A stretch of 64,000 bases of DNA, taken from an uncultured Acidimicrobiaceae bacterium (GTDB lineage Bacteria; Actinomycetota; Acidimicrobiia; Acidimicrobiales; Ilumatobacteraceae). Shown one piece after another: positions 53,992-64,000 of the stretch. Made by a program: the position numbers and the translations under genes. The notes under the pieces were generated by a model. It saw only the letters and a program-made list of their open reading frames with translations. It was not told where the DNA came from and made no database searches. The stretch covers positions 2,626 to 66,625 of the forward strand of contig CAIXIJ010000023.1 in the NCBI GenBank assembly GCA_903919455.1. Direction: 5' to 3'. The stretch's first letter is position 1, and each line of letters opens with the position of its first letter.

Positions 53992-55401
53992 GTGAGCGAC
54001 CATGAACAACTGTGGACAGCCGTTGCGCAACTCCTCCGCGCGCAGGTCTCCGAAGCTGTGTGGTTCTCCACGTTCCAGGACGTAGTTGCCCTGGACAGTG
54101 ACGCATCCATGGTGCGGGTGAGTGCTCCGAACGCACACACTCGCGACCGCATTTTGTCGCGCTACCTGCCGTTGGTGAGGGATGCTCTCGAAGAAATCGG
54201 TGCCGCCCACGTGAACTTCGTGGTCGAGGTGCAGGTTGCCGAGGCCGAGGCCGACGACAGTTGGGCAACCGACACACCCAGCGACACCGGGCCCTCGCCG
54301 AGTCGAGCCACCAGTCGCGAGAACGCACCTGGTCGCAGCTCGTCGAGCGCCGAGCCTCCGTCGGGCGGCTACGCACCCGACGGCATGAACCCGCGCTACA
54401 CGTTCGAGACCTTCGTGAAGGGTGCCTCGAACCAGTTCGCTCTCGCCGCCGCCCTGCGAGTGGCAGAAACCCCAGGTCGCAGCTACAACCCGCTGTTCAT
54501 TTACGGTTCCGCCGGTCTCGGCAAGACCCACCTTCTGCACGCCATCGGCCACTACGTGCAGAGCCACTACCAACACGACATCGTGCGTTACGTGAGCACC
54601 GAGACGTTCCTCAACGAGTACGTCGACGCCATCCGTACCAACACGACGGCCAACTTCAAGCGGCGCTACCGCGACATCGACGTGCTGCTCATCGACGACA
54701 TCCAGTTCATGGAGGGCAAGGAAGGGCTCCAGGAGGAGTTCTTCCACACGTTCAACTCGTTGCACGGCGCCAACAAGCAGATCGTCATCTCCAGCGACCG
54801 CATGCCCGATGCCATCCCCACCCTGGAAGAGCGCCTGCGCGGCCGCTTCAAGTGGGGCCTCATCACCGACATTCAGCCCCCCGATCTCGAGACCCGTCTC
54901 GCCATCTTGCGGAACAAGGCCGAGCGCGACAACAACCCGGTGCCGGCCGAGACGCTCGAGTTCATCGCGTCGCGCATCACCTCAAACATTCGTGCCCTCG
55001 AGGGTGCGCTCATTCGTGTCACCGCGTACGCCAGCTTGAACAACGTGCCCATCAGCACGCACCTTGCCGAGCAGCAGCTCGGCGATCTCATCGGCGACAT
55101 CTACGTGAAGCCACGTACCGACGACGAACTGCTGAACGAGATGGCCATCATCCTCGGGTTCAGCGTCGACGCGCTCCGGGGCAAGAGCCGTCAGCGACCA
55201 CTGGTCACCGCACGACAGATGGCGATGTACGTCTTCCGGCAGCTCACCGATCTTTCGTACCCTGCCATCGCTCGCCTCTTCGGCGGTCGAGACCACACCA
55301 CCGTCATTCACGCCGTAGAGAAGATCCAGCACCTGATGATGGAGCGCAAGCAGATCTACGACCAAGTGACCGATCTCATGCAGCGACTGCAGCACTCATG
55401 A
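53992..55401 (+). CDS. dnaA: Chromosomal replication initiator protein DnaA
   Basis: 469 aa from a GTG start, with the AAA+ motif GSAGLGKTHLL, DDIQF and the domain IV segment FGGRDHTTVIHA. Confidence 0.98.
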   Translation: MSDHEQLWTAVAQLLRAQVSEAVWFSTFQDVVALDSDASMVRVSAPNAHTRDRILSRYLPLVRDALEEIGAAHVNFVVEVQVAEAEADDSWATDTPSDTGPSPSRATSRENAPGRSSSSAEPPSGGYAPDGMNPRYTFETFVKGASNQFALAAALRVAETPGRSYNPLFIYGSAGLGKTHLLHAIGHYVQSHYQHDIVRYVSTETFLNEYVDAIRTNTTANFKRRYRDIDVLLIDDIQFMEGKEGLQEEFFHTFNSLHGANKQIVISSDRMPDAIPTLEERLRGRFKWGLITDIQPPDLETRLAILRNKAERDNNPVPAETLEFIASRITSNIRALEGALIRVTAYASLNNVPISTHLAEQQLGDLIGDIYVKPRTDDELLNEMAIILGFSVDALRGKSRQRPLVTARQMAMYVFRQLTDLSYPAIARLFGGRDHTTVIHAVEKIQHLMMERKQIYDQVTDLMQRLQHS

Positions 55402-55623
55402 GGCCCGCGCGCACCATGTGGACGACGGCCGCCGCGCGGGGGACAACGCACCAGTTGTCCACCGAACTACACACGCGTCGTTTCTCGGGTGTGGACGCGT
55501 GGGGAAACCGGTGTGGACGTAGTTCTGCCACCTACGCTGGTGCAACACGGGGTTGTACACAATCCACAGCCCTTATTACCTCTATTACTTCTATGCAGAC
55601 ATCCTGTCGAGAAAGGCAACGCT
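55402..55623. other. oriC: Probable oriC (dnaA-dnaN intergenic region): DnaA boxes plus AT-rich unwinding element
   Basis: Boxes within 1-2 mismatches of TTGTCCACA lie at 55417-55425, 55455-55463, 55490-55498, 55512-55520, 55553-55561 and 55560-55568. The AT-rich stretch CCTTATTACCTCTATTACTTCTATGC lies at about 55571-55597, in otherwise GC-rich DNA. Confidence 0.8.
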
Positions 55624-56718
55624 GTGAAGTTCCGTTGTGAGCGTGAGGCGCTGGTCGAAGCGCTGACCACCGCTGGCCGTGCCGCCACAGGCCGCTCTGG
55701 GTCCCTTCCGGTACTGTCCGGAATCCGTCTCGAACTCGTGGGCGATCGCCTCACCGTCACCGGTACGGACCTGGATCTCACGATCCAGCTCACCACCGAG
55801 GTCGGCGGCGAGCGCGACGGCGGTGTGGTGGTGAACGCCAAGTTGGCAGCCGACATCGTCCGTTCGCTGAACACCGGCAAGGTGGAGATGGCGCTGGAGG
55901 GCGACGAAGTCACCATCAGCAATGGCCGGTCGCAGTTCTCCGTGCGTCCGCTGAGCCTCGACGACTATCCGAAGCTGGCAACACCGGTTACCCAGTCGGT
56001 CACGCTGCCGTCGGCAGAGTTCGGCGAGTCCTTGCGCCAGGTCACCCGTGCAGCCAGCAACGACGACCAGCGTCAGATCCTCACCGGTGTGCTGATGGCC
56101 GCCGAGGCCGACGGGCTACGAATGGTGGCAACCGACTCGTACCGACTCGCTGTGCGCGATCTCGCAGGACACCAGGTGCTTGCCGCCGACCAGAGGGTCA
56201 TCATCCCGGGTCGTGCCCTCACCGAACTGCAGCGTCTGGTGAATGCCGGCCCCGAAGTGGTGATGCGTCTCGGCGATCGCGATGCCCAGTTCGAAGTGGG
56301 TAACACCAAGCTCACCACCCGCCTCATCGAGGGTGAATTCCCGAACTACGGCCAGTTGCTGCCCAAGACAGCGATGAACGAGCTCACTGTGAGCCGCGAA
56401 GAGCTGCTCGACGCAGTGCGCCGCGTGAAGATCTTGGCCCGCGACTCCACCCCGGTGCGGTTGCACATGTCGGCCGACATGTTGCGGCTCGAGGCCATCA
56501 CGCAAGACGTCGGCAATGCGTCCGAAGAGCTCGACGCGAAGTACGACGGGCCCGACCTGACGGTGGCGTTCAACCCCGACTACCTGGTCTCGGGTGTGGA
56601 GGCGTGCAGCGGCGAGAAGATCACGCTGTCCACCACCGACGCCCTGCGGCCGGCTGTGGTGCGCGGCGAGGGCGTGGCGGACTACCTGTACCTGCTCATG
56701 CCGGTCCGGGTGCCGTAA
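55624..56718 (+). CDS. dnaN: DNA polymerase III beta sliding clamp
   Basis: 364 aa from a GTG start (VKFRCEREALVEAL), with LTGVLM and EGEFPNY segments. Confidence 0.95.
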   Translation: MKFRCEREALVEALTTAGRAATGRSGSLPVLSGIRLELVGDRLTVTGTDLDLTIQLTTEVGGERDGGVVVNAKLAADIVRSLNTGKVEMALEGDEVTISNGRSQFSVRPLSLDDYPKLATPVTQSVTLPSAEFGESLRQVTRAASNDDQRQILTGVLMAAEADGLRMVATDSYRLAVRDLAGHQVLAADQRVIIPGRALTELQRLVNAGPEVVMRLGDRDAQFEVGNTKLTTRLIEGEFPNYGQLLPKTAMNELTVSREELLDAVRRVKILARDSTPVRLHMSADMLRLEAITQDVGNASEELDAKYDGPDLTVAFNPDYLVSGVEACSGEKITLSTTDALRPAVVRGEGVADYLYLLMPVRVP

Positions 56719-56816
56719 GTCGCTTCCATGATCGGTGATGTGTCGGTTCGCTTGATGCGTGCCGACGAATGGGCTGCGGCTCGGCAGGGCTACATCGACG
56801 CGGTGGGGCTGCGACC

Positions 56817-57896
56817 GTGATCGTCACCCGGCTGGAGTTGGTCGATTTCCGCAACTACCGCGAGGCCTCGTTCGACTTCCACCCCGGCATCACGGCCGTG
56901 GTGGGCCTGAATGGCCAGGGAAAGACGAACCTCGCCGAGTCGATGGCGTACCTGGCATCGCTCGACAGCTTCCGTGGCGCCCCCACCGAAGCACTGATCC
57001 GCGTGGGCGCCGACACGGCGGTGGTGCGGGCCACGGTGTTGCACCCCGACGGCCGCGAAGTGTTGGTGGAGTTGGAACTCAGCCGACAGGGCCGCAACCG
57101 GGTGCAGGTGAACAAGCAGCGTCTCGGCCGCACCCGCGACCTCCTCGGCATCATGCGTGTCACCGTGTTCTCGCCCGACGACCTGTTCCTGGTGAAGGGC
57201 GGGCCCAACGAGCGTCGCCGATTCCTCGACGACACCCTGGTGGCGCTGGCGCTGAAGTACGACGCCATGCGGCTGGAACTGGACCGCATCGTGAAGCAAC
57301 GCAACGTGTTGTTGAAGCAGGCCGGCGGGCGGTTGAACGACGAACTTGAAGTGACGCTCGACGTGTGGGACATGAAACTCGCCGAGGTGGGCGATCAGTT
57401 CGGCCATGCACGCGCCGTGTTGGTGGCCCGGCTGGCACCCATGGTGCAGGAGGCCTACGAGCAACTCGCCGACCGGCCTTCGGCCGTGGAACTGCGCTAC
57501 GAACCTGGTTGGCGCGTGCGCGGACTGGCTGCGGCGTTGGCCGAGGCTCGCACCGACGACGTGCGTCGTGGTGTCAGCACCATCGGTCCGCATCGCGACG
57601 ACGTCGACCTGTTCATCGGCGGCCTTCCGGCCCGCACCCACGCCAGCCAGGGCGAACAGCGCACGATGGCCCTGGCGTTGCGCCTCGCAGCACACCGCAT
57701 GGTCGCCGAGAAGGCTGGCAGCAGCCCGGTGCTGGTGCTCGACGACGTGCTCAGCGAACTCGACCCCACGCGTTGTTCGGCCCTGCTGCGCAACCTTCCG
57801 CCCGGTCAGGTGGTGCTCACGACAGCAGGTGTCTTGCCCGATGCCGCCCACCCTGATGCGATTGTGCGCATCTCGGATGGCACAGTGGTGATGTGA
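56817..57896 (+). CDS. recF: DNA replication and repair protein RecF
   Basis: 359 aa from a GTG start (VIVTRLELVDFRNY), with Walker A GLNGQGKTN and the signature GEQRTMALALRLA. Confidence 0.93.
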   Translation: MIVTRLELVDFRNYREASFDFHPGITAVVGLNGQGKTNLAESMAYLASLDSFRGAPTEALIRVGADTAVVRATVLHPDGREVLVELELSRQGRNRVQVNKQRLGRTRDLLGIMRVTVFSPDDLFLVKGGPNERRRFLDDTLVALALKYDAMRLELDRIVKQRNVLLKQAGGRLNDELEVTLDVWDMKLAEVGDQFGHARAVLVARLAPMVQEAYEQLADRPSAVELRYEPGWRVRGLAAALAEARTDDVRRGVSTIGPHRDDVDLFIGGLPARTHASQGEQRTMALALRLAAHRMVAEKAGSSPVLVLDDVLSELDPTRCSALLRNLPPGQVVLTTAGVLPDAAHPDAIVRISDGTVVM

Positions 57897-58216
57897 GACG
57901 CGACGAACCGGTCCGATTGGGCGACAGCCTGCACGGGGTGATGAAGTCGCTGCGGCCCGACACCCAGGGGCGTGTGCAGCCGGCAGCGAGCACCCTCGGC
58001 GGTGTGTTCGGCCGGTGGGAAGAAGCGGTGGGCGCGGCGGTCGCGGCGCACGTGCAGCCCGTGAAACTCGATGGCACCACGCTCGTGGTGGAGGTCGACG
58101 ACCCCGCCTGGGCCACCCAGTTACGGTTCCTCGAGAGCACCATGAAGACCCGGTTGGCGGAGGTCGCCGGGGCCACGGTGGAACGCCTCGAGGTGCGGGT
58201 GGCGCGCCCGCGCTGA
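57893..58216 (+). CDS. DUF721 protein (Rv0004/DciA-type)
   Basis: 107 aa. Its GTG overlaps the recF TGA. It occupies the conserved recF-gyrB position. The C-terminal LVVEVDDPAWATQLRF is typical of DUF721. Confidence 0.8.
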   Translation: MRRDEPVRLGDSLHGVMKSLRPDTQGRVQPAASTLGGVFGRWEEAVGAAVAAHVQPVKLDGTTLVVEVDDPAWATQLRFLESTMKTRLAEVAGATVERLEVRVARPR

Positions 58217-58272
58217 AGGTCGCCGGGAGGGCCGTTCCAGAGCCCGCGAAACACCCAAAAATACCGGTGCTG

Positions 58273-58293
58273 GAGGGGGCTACCCTCCCCCTC
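58273..58293 (+). terminator. GC-rich hairpin downstream of the DUF721 gene
   Basis: GAGGGGG-CTACCCT-CCCCCTC forms a 7-bp stem. The trailing sequence is T-poor. Confidence 0.4.
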
Positions 58294-58423
58294 TTCATCA
58301 CACCCCTCAGGTAGACTTGAAACCACTTGCGACCACGGTTCTGCGCCCCCCTGCGGAACCCACGTGTCGCCTCCGTATCCGCAGGTCACGGCCTGTTTTC
58401 TCCCCGAACTGATCGAGGTGTGT

Positions 58424-60382
58424 GTGGCTTCCAACGCCAAGCAACCGAGTGCCGATTACGGCGCCAAAGATATCCAGGTCCTGGAGGGCCTCGACCCGGT
58501 CCGAAAGCGGCCCGGTATGTACATCGGATCCACCGGTTTGCAGGGTCTCCACCACCTCATTTGGGAGGTCGTCGACAACTCCGTCGACGAGGCGATGGCG
58601 GGCTTCTGCACGCGTATCACGGTGGTGCTGTTGCCCGACGGCGGTTGCCGCGTGGAGGACAACGGTCGTGGTGTCCCGGTCGACGCGTACCCGTCCGGCC
58701 CGCACAAGGGCAAGAGCGCCGCAGAGGTCGTGCTCACTGTGCTGCACGCTGGCGGCAAGTTCGGTGGCGAGGGCTACAAGGTGTCCGGCGGTCTCCACGG
58801 CGTGGGCGTCAGCGTGGTGAACGCGCTCTCCGAGCGCCTGTTCATCCAGATCGACAAGAACGGCAAGCGTTACGAGCAGGAGTACGCCCAGGGCGGCAAG
58901 CCCCAAGGCAAGCTCACCGAGGTGGGCGCCACCCCGGCCAAGGGTCGCACCGCGGGCACCAGCGTTACGTTCTGGCCCGATCCGGTCATCTTCGCCTCCG
59001 AAGGCACCGAGTTCGTGTCTCGCACGGTGCTCGAGCGCCTGCAGACCATGGCGTTCCTGAACCGCGGCCTCGAAATCGTCTTCAATGACGAGCGTGAGGA
59101 CAAGGAACAAGAGGTCACCTTCCAGTACAAGGGTGGCGTCACCGACTTCGTGCGTCATCTCAACGCCTCCAAGGAAGCGCTGTTCTCCAAGGTCGCCCAC
59201 TTCGAAGACGAAGACGACGAAGGCGGCCAGACGCTCGACATCGCCCTGCAGTGGAACACCGGCTATCACGAAGGCATCCACGGCTACGCCAACGGCATCA
59301 GCACCATCGAGGGCGGCATGCACGTGGAGGGCTTCAAGACCGCGCTCACCAGCGTGCTCAACAAGTACGCACGTGCCAAGGGCCTGCTGAAGGAAAAGGA
59401 CGACAACCTGCTCGGCGAAGACATTCGCGAGGGCATCACGGCCATCATCGCCGTGAAGTTGCGCGAGCCGCAGTTCGAAGGCCAGACCAAGGCCAAGCTC
59501 GGCAACGTGCCGATGCGCAGCTTCGTGCAGAAGGCCACCAACGAAAAGCTCGCCGAATGGCTCGACGAGAACCCCACCGAGGCCAACAAGGTGGTGAAGA
59601 AGGCGCAGTCGGCAGCCCAGGCCCGTGTTGCTGCCAAGAACGCGCGCAACGCCATTCGCCGCAAGACCGCCCTCGCCGGTGCCGGCATGCCCGACAAGTT
59701 GAAGGACTGCAGCAGCGGCAACCCGGAGGAAAGCGAACTCTTCATCGTGGAAGGCGACTCCGCCGGTGGTTCGGCGCTGAACGCTCGCGATCCCCGCACA
59801 CAGGCGTTGCTGCCCATCCGCGGCAAGATCCTCAACGTCGAGCGGGCCCGCCTCGACAAGATGTTGAAGAACAACGAGATCCAAGCGCTCATCACGGCCA
59901 TCGGTGGCGGCGTCGGCGACGAGTTCGATGTGGCCAAGGCCCGCTACCACAAGGTCATCGCCCTGTGCGACGCCGACGTGGATGGCAGCCACATCCGCAC
60001 CCTGCTGCTCACCTTCTTCTTCCGCCAGATGCGCGGACTCGTGGAGGCCGGCTACGTGTACATCGCCCAGCCGCCGCTGTTCTCCACCCTGGTGGGCAAG
60101 GAGAAGATCTATCTCAAGGATGAGCACGCCAAGGCGCGCTTCCTGGAAGAGCACCCCAACCACAAGAACGACTTCAACCGCCTCAAGGGCCTCGGTGAGA
60201 TGGACTGGCAGGAGCTCAAGCCCACCACCATGGACACCTCGTCGCGCACCCTGCTGCAGGTGACGGTGGAGGAAGCCGCTGTCGCCGACGAGATCACGAG
60301 CGTCCTGATGGGCGACGACGTGGAATCCCGCAAACAGTTCATCACCGCCAACGCCCGCGACGTACGAAACCTGGACTTCTGA
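58424..60382 (+). CDS. gyrB: DNA gyrase subunit B
   Basis: The GTG start gives VASNAKQPSADYGAKDIQVLEGLDPVRKRPGMYIGST. Also present are the Toprim motif EGDSAGG and the PLRGKILNVE-type segment. Confidence 0.97.
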   Translation: MASNAKQPSADYGAKDIQVLEGLDPVRKRPGMYIGSTGLQGLHHLIWEVVDNSVDEAMAGFCTRITVVLLPDGGCRVEDNGRGVPVDAYPSGPHKGKSAAEVVLTVLHAGGKFGGEGYKVSGGLHGVGVSVVNALSERLFIQIDKNGKRYEQEYAQGGKPQGKLTEVGATPAKGRTAGTSVTFWPDPVIFASEGTEFVSRTVLERLQTMAFLNRGLEIVFNDEREDKEQEVTFQYKGGVTDFVRHLNASKEALFSKVAHFEDEDDEGGQTLDIALQWNTGYHEGIHGYANGISTIEGGMHVEGFKTALTSVLNKYARAKGLLKEKDDNLLGEDIREGITAIIAVKLREPQFEGQTKAKLGNVPMRSFVQKATNEKLAEWLDENPTEANKVVKKAQSAAQARVAAKNARNAIRRKTALAGAGMPDKLKDCSSGNPEESELFIVEGDSAGGSALNARDPRTQALLPIRGKILNVERARLDKMLKNNEIQALITAIGGGVGDEFDVAKARYHKVIALCDADVDGSHIRTLLLTFFFRQMRGLVEAGYVYIAQPPLFSTLVGKEKIYLKDEHAKARFLEEHPNHKNDFNRLKGLGEMDWQELKPTTMDTSSRTLLQVTVEEAAVADEITSVLMGDDVESRKQFITANARDVRNLDF

Positions 60383-60385
60383 TCG

Positions 60386-62851
60386 ATGACTGACACACCC
60401 AATCCCCCCGAGAGCACCCCGCCCGGCGACGACATTCAGCCGGTCCAGTTGCAGGACGAGATGGAGCGCAGCTTCATCGACTACGCCATGTCGGTCATCA
60501 TGTCGCGCGCTCTGCCCGACGTGCGTGACGGCCTGAAGCCGGTGCACCGTCGCATCATCTGGGACATGGACCAGCAGGGTTTCCGCCCGAACCGCGCCCA
60601 TGTGAAGAGCGCCCGCGTCACGGGCGACACGATGGCGAAGTACCACCCGCACGGCAACTCGGCCATCTACGACGCACTCGTGCGGATGGCCCAGCCGTTC
60701 AGCCTGCGCCACCCGCTCATCGACTTCCACGGCAACTACGGCTCCCCCGACTTCGGTGCCGCCGCCGAGCGCTACACCGAGTGTCGTCTGCACCCATTGG
60801 CAATGCAGATGCTGGCCGACATCGACGAAGAGACCGTCGACATGCAGGCCAACTACGACAACACCACCGAAGAACCCACGGTGTTGCCGGCCCGCTTCCC
60901 GAACCTGCTCGTGAACGGCAGCCAGGGCATCGCCGTGGGTATGGCCACCAGCATCCCGCCGCACAACCTCGGCGAGGTCATCGACGCCACCATTCACCTC
61001 ATCGACAACCCGGAGGCCACGGCCGACGACCTGATGGCGTTCGTGAAGGGCCCCGACTTTCCCACGGGCGGCATGATCCTTGGCCGCGCCGGCATCATGG
61101 ATGCCTACCGAACAGGTCGCGGCAGCATCAAGATGCGTGCCACTGCCACCATCGAAGAGGGCCGTCGCGGCCAGATGCAGATCATCGTTACCGAGCTTCC
61201 GTATCAGGCCAGTTGCTCGGCCATTGCTGGTCGCATCCAGGAGCTGGTGGATGCCGGCGACCTCGATGGCATCGCCGACGTGAACGACGGTTCCGCTGCG
61301 GCGAAGACGAACCTCATCATCACCCTCAAGCGCGACGCCAACGCCAACGTGGTGCTGAACAACCTCTACAAGCTCACCCAGCTGCAGAGCAGTTTCCCGG
61401 TGAACATGGTGGCGCTGGTGCATGGCGTGCCGCGCACCCTGAACCTCGTGCAGGCGCTGCAGGGCTACGTCGAGCACCAGGTGGAAGTCATCACCCGGCG
61501 CACGCAGTACCGCCTCGACAAGGCGAAGCGCCGCGAACACATCCTCGAGGGCCGCATCAAGGCCCTCAACGTGATCGACGAGATCATCGCCCTCATCCGT
61601 GCCAGCGACGATGCTGCGGCTGCCAAGACCGGCCTGATGGCGGCTCCGTTCGAATTCAGCGAACTCCAGGCCACCGACATCCTCGAGATGCGCCTGTCGC
61701 AACTCACCCGCCTCAGCCGGATCGACCTCCAGACCGAACTCGACGATGTGCGGGCCCGGATCATCGAACTGCAGAGCATCCTCGATTCGCCCGAGAAGCT
61801 CCGTGGGGTCATCAAGACCGAGATGACGGCCATCCGCGACACGTTCGCCACGCCCCGCGTGTGCAAGATCGGTTTCGACGCCGGCGAGATGAGCATCGAG
61901 GATCTCACCGACGACAAGGAACTCGTCATCGTGATGACCGAGGCCCAGTACGTGAAGGCCGTGCCGGCAGCGTCGTTCAAGACGCAGGGCCGTGGTGGCC
62001 GGGGTGTCACCGGTGCGAAGTTGAAGACCGACGACATCGTGCGGCACGTCATCTTCACCACAGCCCACGCCTATCTGCTGTTCTTCAGCAACCGGGGTCG
62101 CGTGTATCGCCTTCGTGCCCTCGAGGTGCCCGAGCGCGAGCGTCAGGCCAAGGGCACGCCCATCGTGAACCTGCTGCCGCTGCAGCCAGGCGAGAACATC
62201 CAGGCCATCATCGACACCCGCGACTTTGCGGCCGAGCGCTACCTGTTCTTCGCCACCCGTCACGGTGTGGTGAAGAAGACCGCGTTCAACGAGTACGACA
62301 ATGGCCGTCGCGACGGCCTCATCGCCCTCAACCTGCGTGAGCACGACGAGTTGGTTCGGGTCATCGAGACCAGCGGCAACGACGACATCTTCATGGTCAG
62401 CAAGGGTGGCATGACCATCCGTTTCAACGAGAGCGAAGTGCGGCCCATGGGCCGTGCCGCCTCCGGTGTGCGCGGCATGAAGTTGAAGGCCGGCGAGACG
62501 GTGGTGAGCGTCGATGTTGCCAAGGACGACACCTCCATCCTGATGATCACCGAGGCCGGCTTCGGCAAGCGTGTGCAGCTCGACAAGTTCAACGTGCAGG
62601 GCCGTGGTGGCCAAGGCGTGAAGGGCATGAAGTTCATCCGCAACAAGGGCACGCAGGTGGTCGCCGCGTTCATGGTGGGCGACGACGACGAAATCGTGGC
62701 CGTGGCCTCGGGTGGCACCACCATCCGTACGCCAGTGCGGGGTATTCGCCACATCGGTCGCGACGCCACCGGCGTCACCATCATGGGCGTGCCCGATGGT
62801 GAAGTGGTCGCCTCGGTGGCGCTCATCTTGGCCACCGACGACGACGAGTGA
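60386..62851 (+). CDS. gyrA: DNA gyrase subunit A
   Basis: 821 aa with DGLKPVHRR, the QRDR segment [17 protein letters not shown] and the active-site Tyr context. The C-terminal beta-pinwheel repeats are present. Confidence 0.98.
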   Translation: MTDTPNPPESTPPGDDIQPVQLQDEMERSFIDYAMSVIMSRALPDVRDGLKPVHRRIIWDMDQQGFRPNRAHVKSARVTGDTMAKYHPHGNSAIYDALVRMAQPFSLRHPLIDFHGNYGSPDFGAAAERYTECRLHPLAMQMLADIDEETVDMQANYDNTTEEPTVLPARFPNLLVNGSQGIAVGMATSIPPHNLGEVIDATIHLIDNPEATADDLMAFVKGPDFPTGGMILGRAGIMDAYRTGRGSIKMRATATIEEGRRGQMQIIVTELPYQASCSAIAGRIQELVDAGDLDGIADVNDGSAAAKTNLIITLKRDANANVVLNNLYKLTQLQSSFPVNMVALVHGVPRTLNLVQALQGYVEHQVEVITRRTQYRLDKAKRREHILEGRIKALNVIDEIIALIRASDDAAAAKTGLMAAPFEFSELQATDILEMRLSQLTRLSRIDLQTELDDVRARIIELQSILDSPEKLRGVIKTEMTAIRDTFATPRVCKIGFDAGEMSIEDLTDDKELVIVMTEAQYVKAVPAASFKTQGRGGRGVTGAKLKTDDIVRHVIFTTAHAYLLFFSNRGRVYRLRALEVPERERQAKGTPIVNLLPLQPGENIQAIIDTRDFAAERYLFFATRHGVVKKTAFNEYDNGRRDGLIALNLREHDELVRVIETSGNDDIFMVSKGGMTIRFNESEVRPMGRAASGVRGMKLKAGETVVSVDVAKDDTSILMITEAGFGKRVQLDKFNVQGRGGQGVKGMKFIRNKGTQVVAAFMVGDDDEIVAVASGGTTIRTPVRGIRHIGRDATGVTIMGVPDGEVVASVALILATDDDE

Positions 62852-62932
62852 CGCACACTCCCACTCAGCGCTGATGCGCTCGTATCGCGGCATCGGCCGC
62901 CTCTCATCCGAACACGATGGTGGAGGTGGCCG

Positions 62933-63241
62933 ATGCGCGGTCGCGATGGAAACGATGTGGGCCAGGCGACCATGCTGTTGCTGGCGGTGGTGGTGTTGGT
63001 GGCCTTGAGTGCTGTGGCTGTGGCCGAGTTCGGGTATCGCATCGAACTTCGCGAGCAGGCTCAGGTGGCTGCCGATGCGGCGGCACTGGCAGGCACCACT
63101 GGCGGCAACGCGTCAGCGGCGGCACTCGCGGCAGCGAACGGCGGTGTGCTGGCGTTGTTCCGCATCGACGGGGCCGACGTGGTGGTGGAGGTGGTGGTCG
63201 GCGAGCATCGCGCCACGGCTCGCGCCACGCGCGCTCCCTGA
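62933..63241 (+). CDS. TadE/TadG-like small secreted/pseudopilin-like protein (Rv3654c-type)
   Basis: 102 aa. The SD GGTGGAGGTGG precedes the ATG. An N-terminal hydrophobic helix (ATMLLLAVVVLVALSAVAVA) is followed by QAQVAADAAALAG...AANGG...VVVEV, the pattern of helicase/secretion-neighbourhood TadE-like proteins. Confidence 0.6.
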   Translation: MRGRDGNDVGQATMLLLAVVVLVALSAVAVAEFGYRIELREQAQVAADAAALAGTTGGNASAAALAAANGGVLALFRIDGADVVVEVVVGEHRATARATRAP

Positions 63242-63268
63242 CATGGGTCCGTCCCATACACTCCGAGC

Positions 63269-64000
63269 GTGGACGACGTGTCCCCAGAGCCCCAGCCGCG
63301 CACGACGGCCCGCGCACCCAAGCGTGTCGCGCCCGCCAACTCGATCATCGACGATCGTCCTCGCCGCCGCACCCCAGCCCGCAGCGCGCCGGGCACCACG
63401 GTCAGCGCCATGGGTGATGCAACGGTGCTCACGTCGTCGTCGATCATCGCCGACCCACTGCTGCTGCCCGTTCGAGACGGCACGCCGGTGGAGATTCCGA
63501 TCATTGTGCCAGCGCAGGTTGACGACGACGAACCCACCGTTGCCGTGCCGCGCACCGTGATCGCGGCACCCGAGTCCCTGACCGCCGACTTCGTGCCGAC
63601 GCCGGATCCGCAGGTGGCCCAACTTCACGGTCCTCGTCAGATCACCATGGGCAAGGCGCGTCGGCCACGCGTGCGACGCGTGACGCGGGTGATCCGTCAG
63701 GTTGATACATGGAGCGTCTTCAAGGTGGCGTTGGTCTTCAGCCTGTTCCTCTACCTGGTGTGCCTCACGGCGGGCGTCTTGCTCTGGCAGGTGGCGCAGA
63801 ACACGGGCACCGTCGACAACGTGGAACGGTTCTTCGAGAGCTTCGGATGGCAGAGCTTCCAACTCAACGGCGGCGCCATCTTCCACAATGCCTGGGTGGG
63901 CGGGCTGTTCGTGGTGGTGGGCCTCACCGGATTGGGCGTGCTCGTGGCGACGATGTTCAACCTCATCGCTGAGCTGGTGGGTGGCATTCGAGTGACGGTG
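63269..64000 (+). CDS. DUF3566-type membrane protein (Rv0007 position), 3'-truncated by the window edge
   Basis: This frame stays open from 63242 to the window end and is not in the ORF track because it has no stop. A disordered N-terminus is followed by RRVTRVIRQVDTWSVFKVALVFSLFLYLV...GGLFVVVGLTGLGVLVATMFNLIAELVGGIRV. The start is uncertain (GTG 63269 or 63278, or a later ATG). Confidence 0.75.
   Translation, partial: MDDVSPEPQPRTTARAPKRVAPANSIIDDRPRRRTPARSAPGTTVSAMGDATVLTSSSIIADPLLLPVRDGTPVEIPIIVPAQVDDDEPTVAVPRTVIAAPESLTADFVPTPDPQVAQLHGPRQITMGKARRPRVRRVTRVIRQVDTWSVFKVALVFSLFLYLVCLTAGVLLWQVAQNTGTVDNVERFFESFGWQSFQLNGGAIFHNAWVGGLFVVVGLTGLGVLVATMFNLIAELVGGIRVTV

Noticed and set aside
58307-62893. 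A 1528-aa ORF on the minus strand running antisense to the whole gyrB-gyrA pair
   Set aside because: It exactly shadows two unambiguous essential genes. Its translation is low-complexity (G/A/V/H/D-rich) with no recognisable motifs. Stop-free antisense frames are expected in DNA with a strong GC3 bias. Its length is striking but is explained by composition.

Overview
GC-rich, Actinomycetota-type chromosomal segment spanning the replication origin. The right half holds the conserved origin-proximal gene set. In map order: trxB-trxA-cwlM-like, then parB-parA-rsmG-jag-yidC-yidD-rnpA-rpmH on the minus strand, then dnaA-dnaN-recF-DUF721-gyrB-gyrA-(TadE-like)-DUF3566 on the plus strand. I place oriC (DnaA boxes plus an AT-rich element) in the dnaA-dnaN spacer. 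Three perfect or near-perfect parS sites lie in the parA-rsmG spacer. Further left is the second conserved block, rpsF-ssb-rpsR-rplI-dnaB on the minus strand. Next to it is a block syntenic with mycobacterial Rv3907c-Rv3915: CCA-adding enzyme, Rv3909-like secreted protein, Ser/Thr kinase, ECF sigma/anti-sigma, trxBA and cwlM. The left third (about 1-27 kb) looks more accessory. It holds a Doc/RHH toxin-antitoxin pair, a DMGDH/SARDH-family flavoenzyme with a TetR regulator, two cytoplasmic PAS histidine kinases and SelO. It also holds three PhyH-family dioxygenases, one of them translationally coupled to a PhnZ-like HD protein and followed by an aldehyde dehydrogenase. The remainder is an S8 protease-LamG fusion, a pabB/pabC fusion with folP, a flavin monooxygenase, a haloalkane-dehalogenase-like hydrolase, and two secreted proteins that share a 4-Cys N-terminal module, one of them a large pentapeptide-repeat protein. 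I saw no rRNA, tRNA, CRISPR array, transposase or integrase. I found no clear-cut novel multi-gene system such as a defence island. The most interesting items are the HD+PhyH+ALDH cassette, the shared 4-Cys secreted module and exported pentapeptide protein, a DnaA-box cluster in front of dnaB, and a free-standing kinase occupying the MviN (MurJ-pseudokinase) slot. Many long ORFs in the track are antisense shadow ORFs typical of high-GC DNA and were not called. All start codons were chosen by eye (SD sequences, overlaps, homologue N-termini) and several are uncertain.
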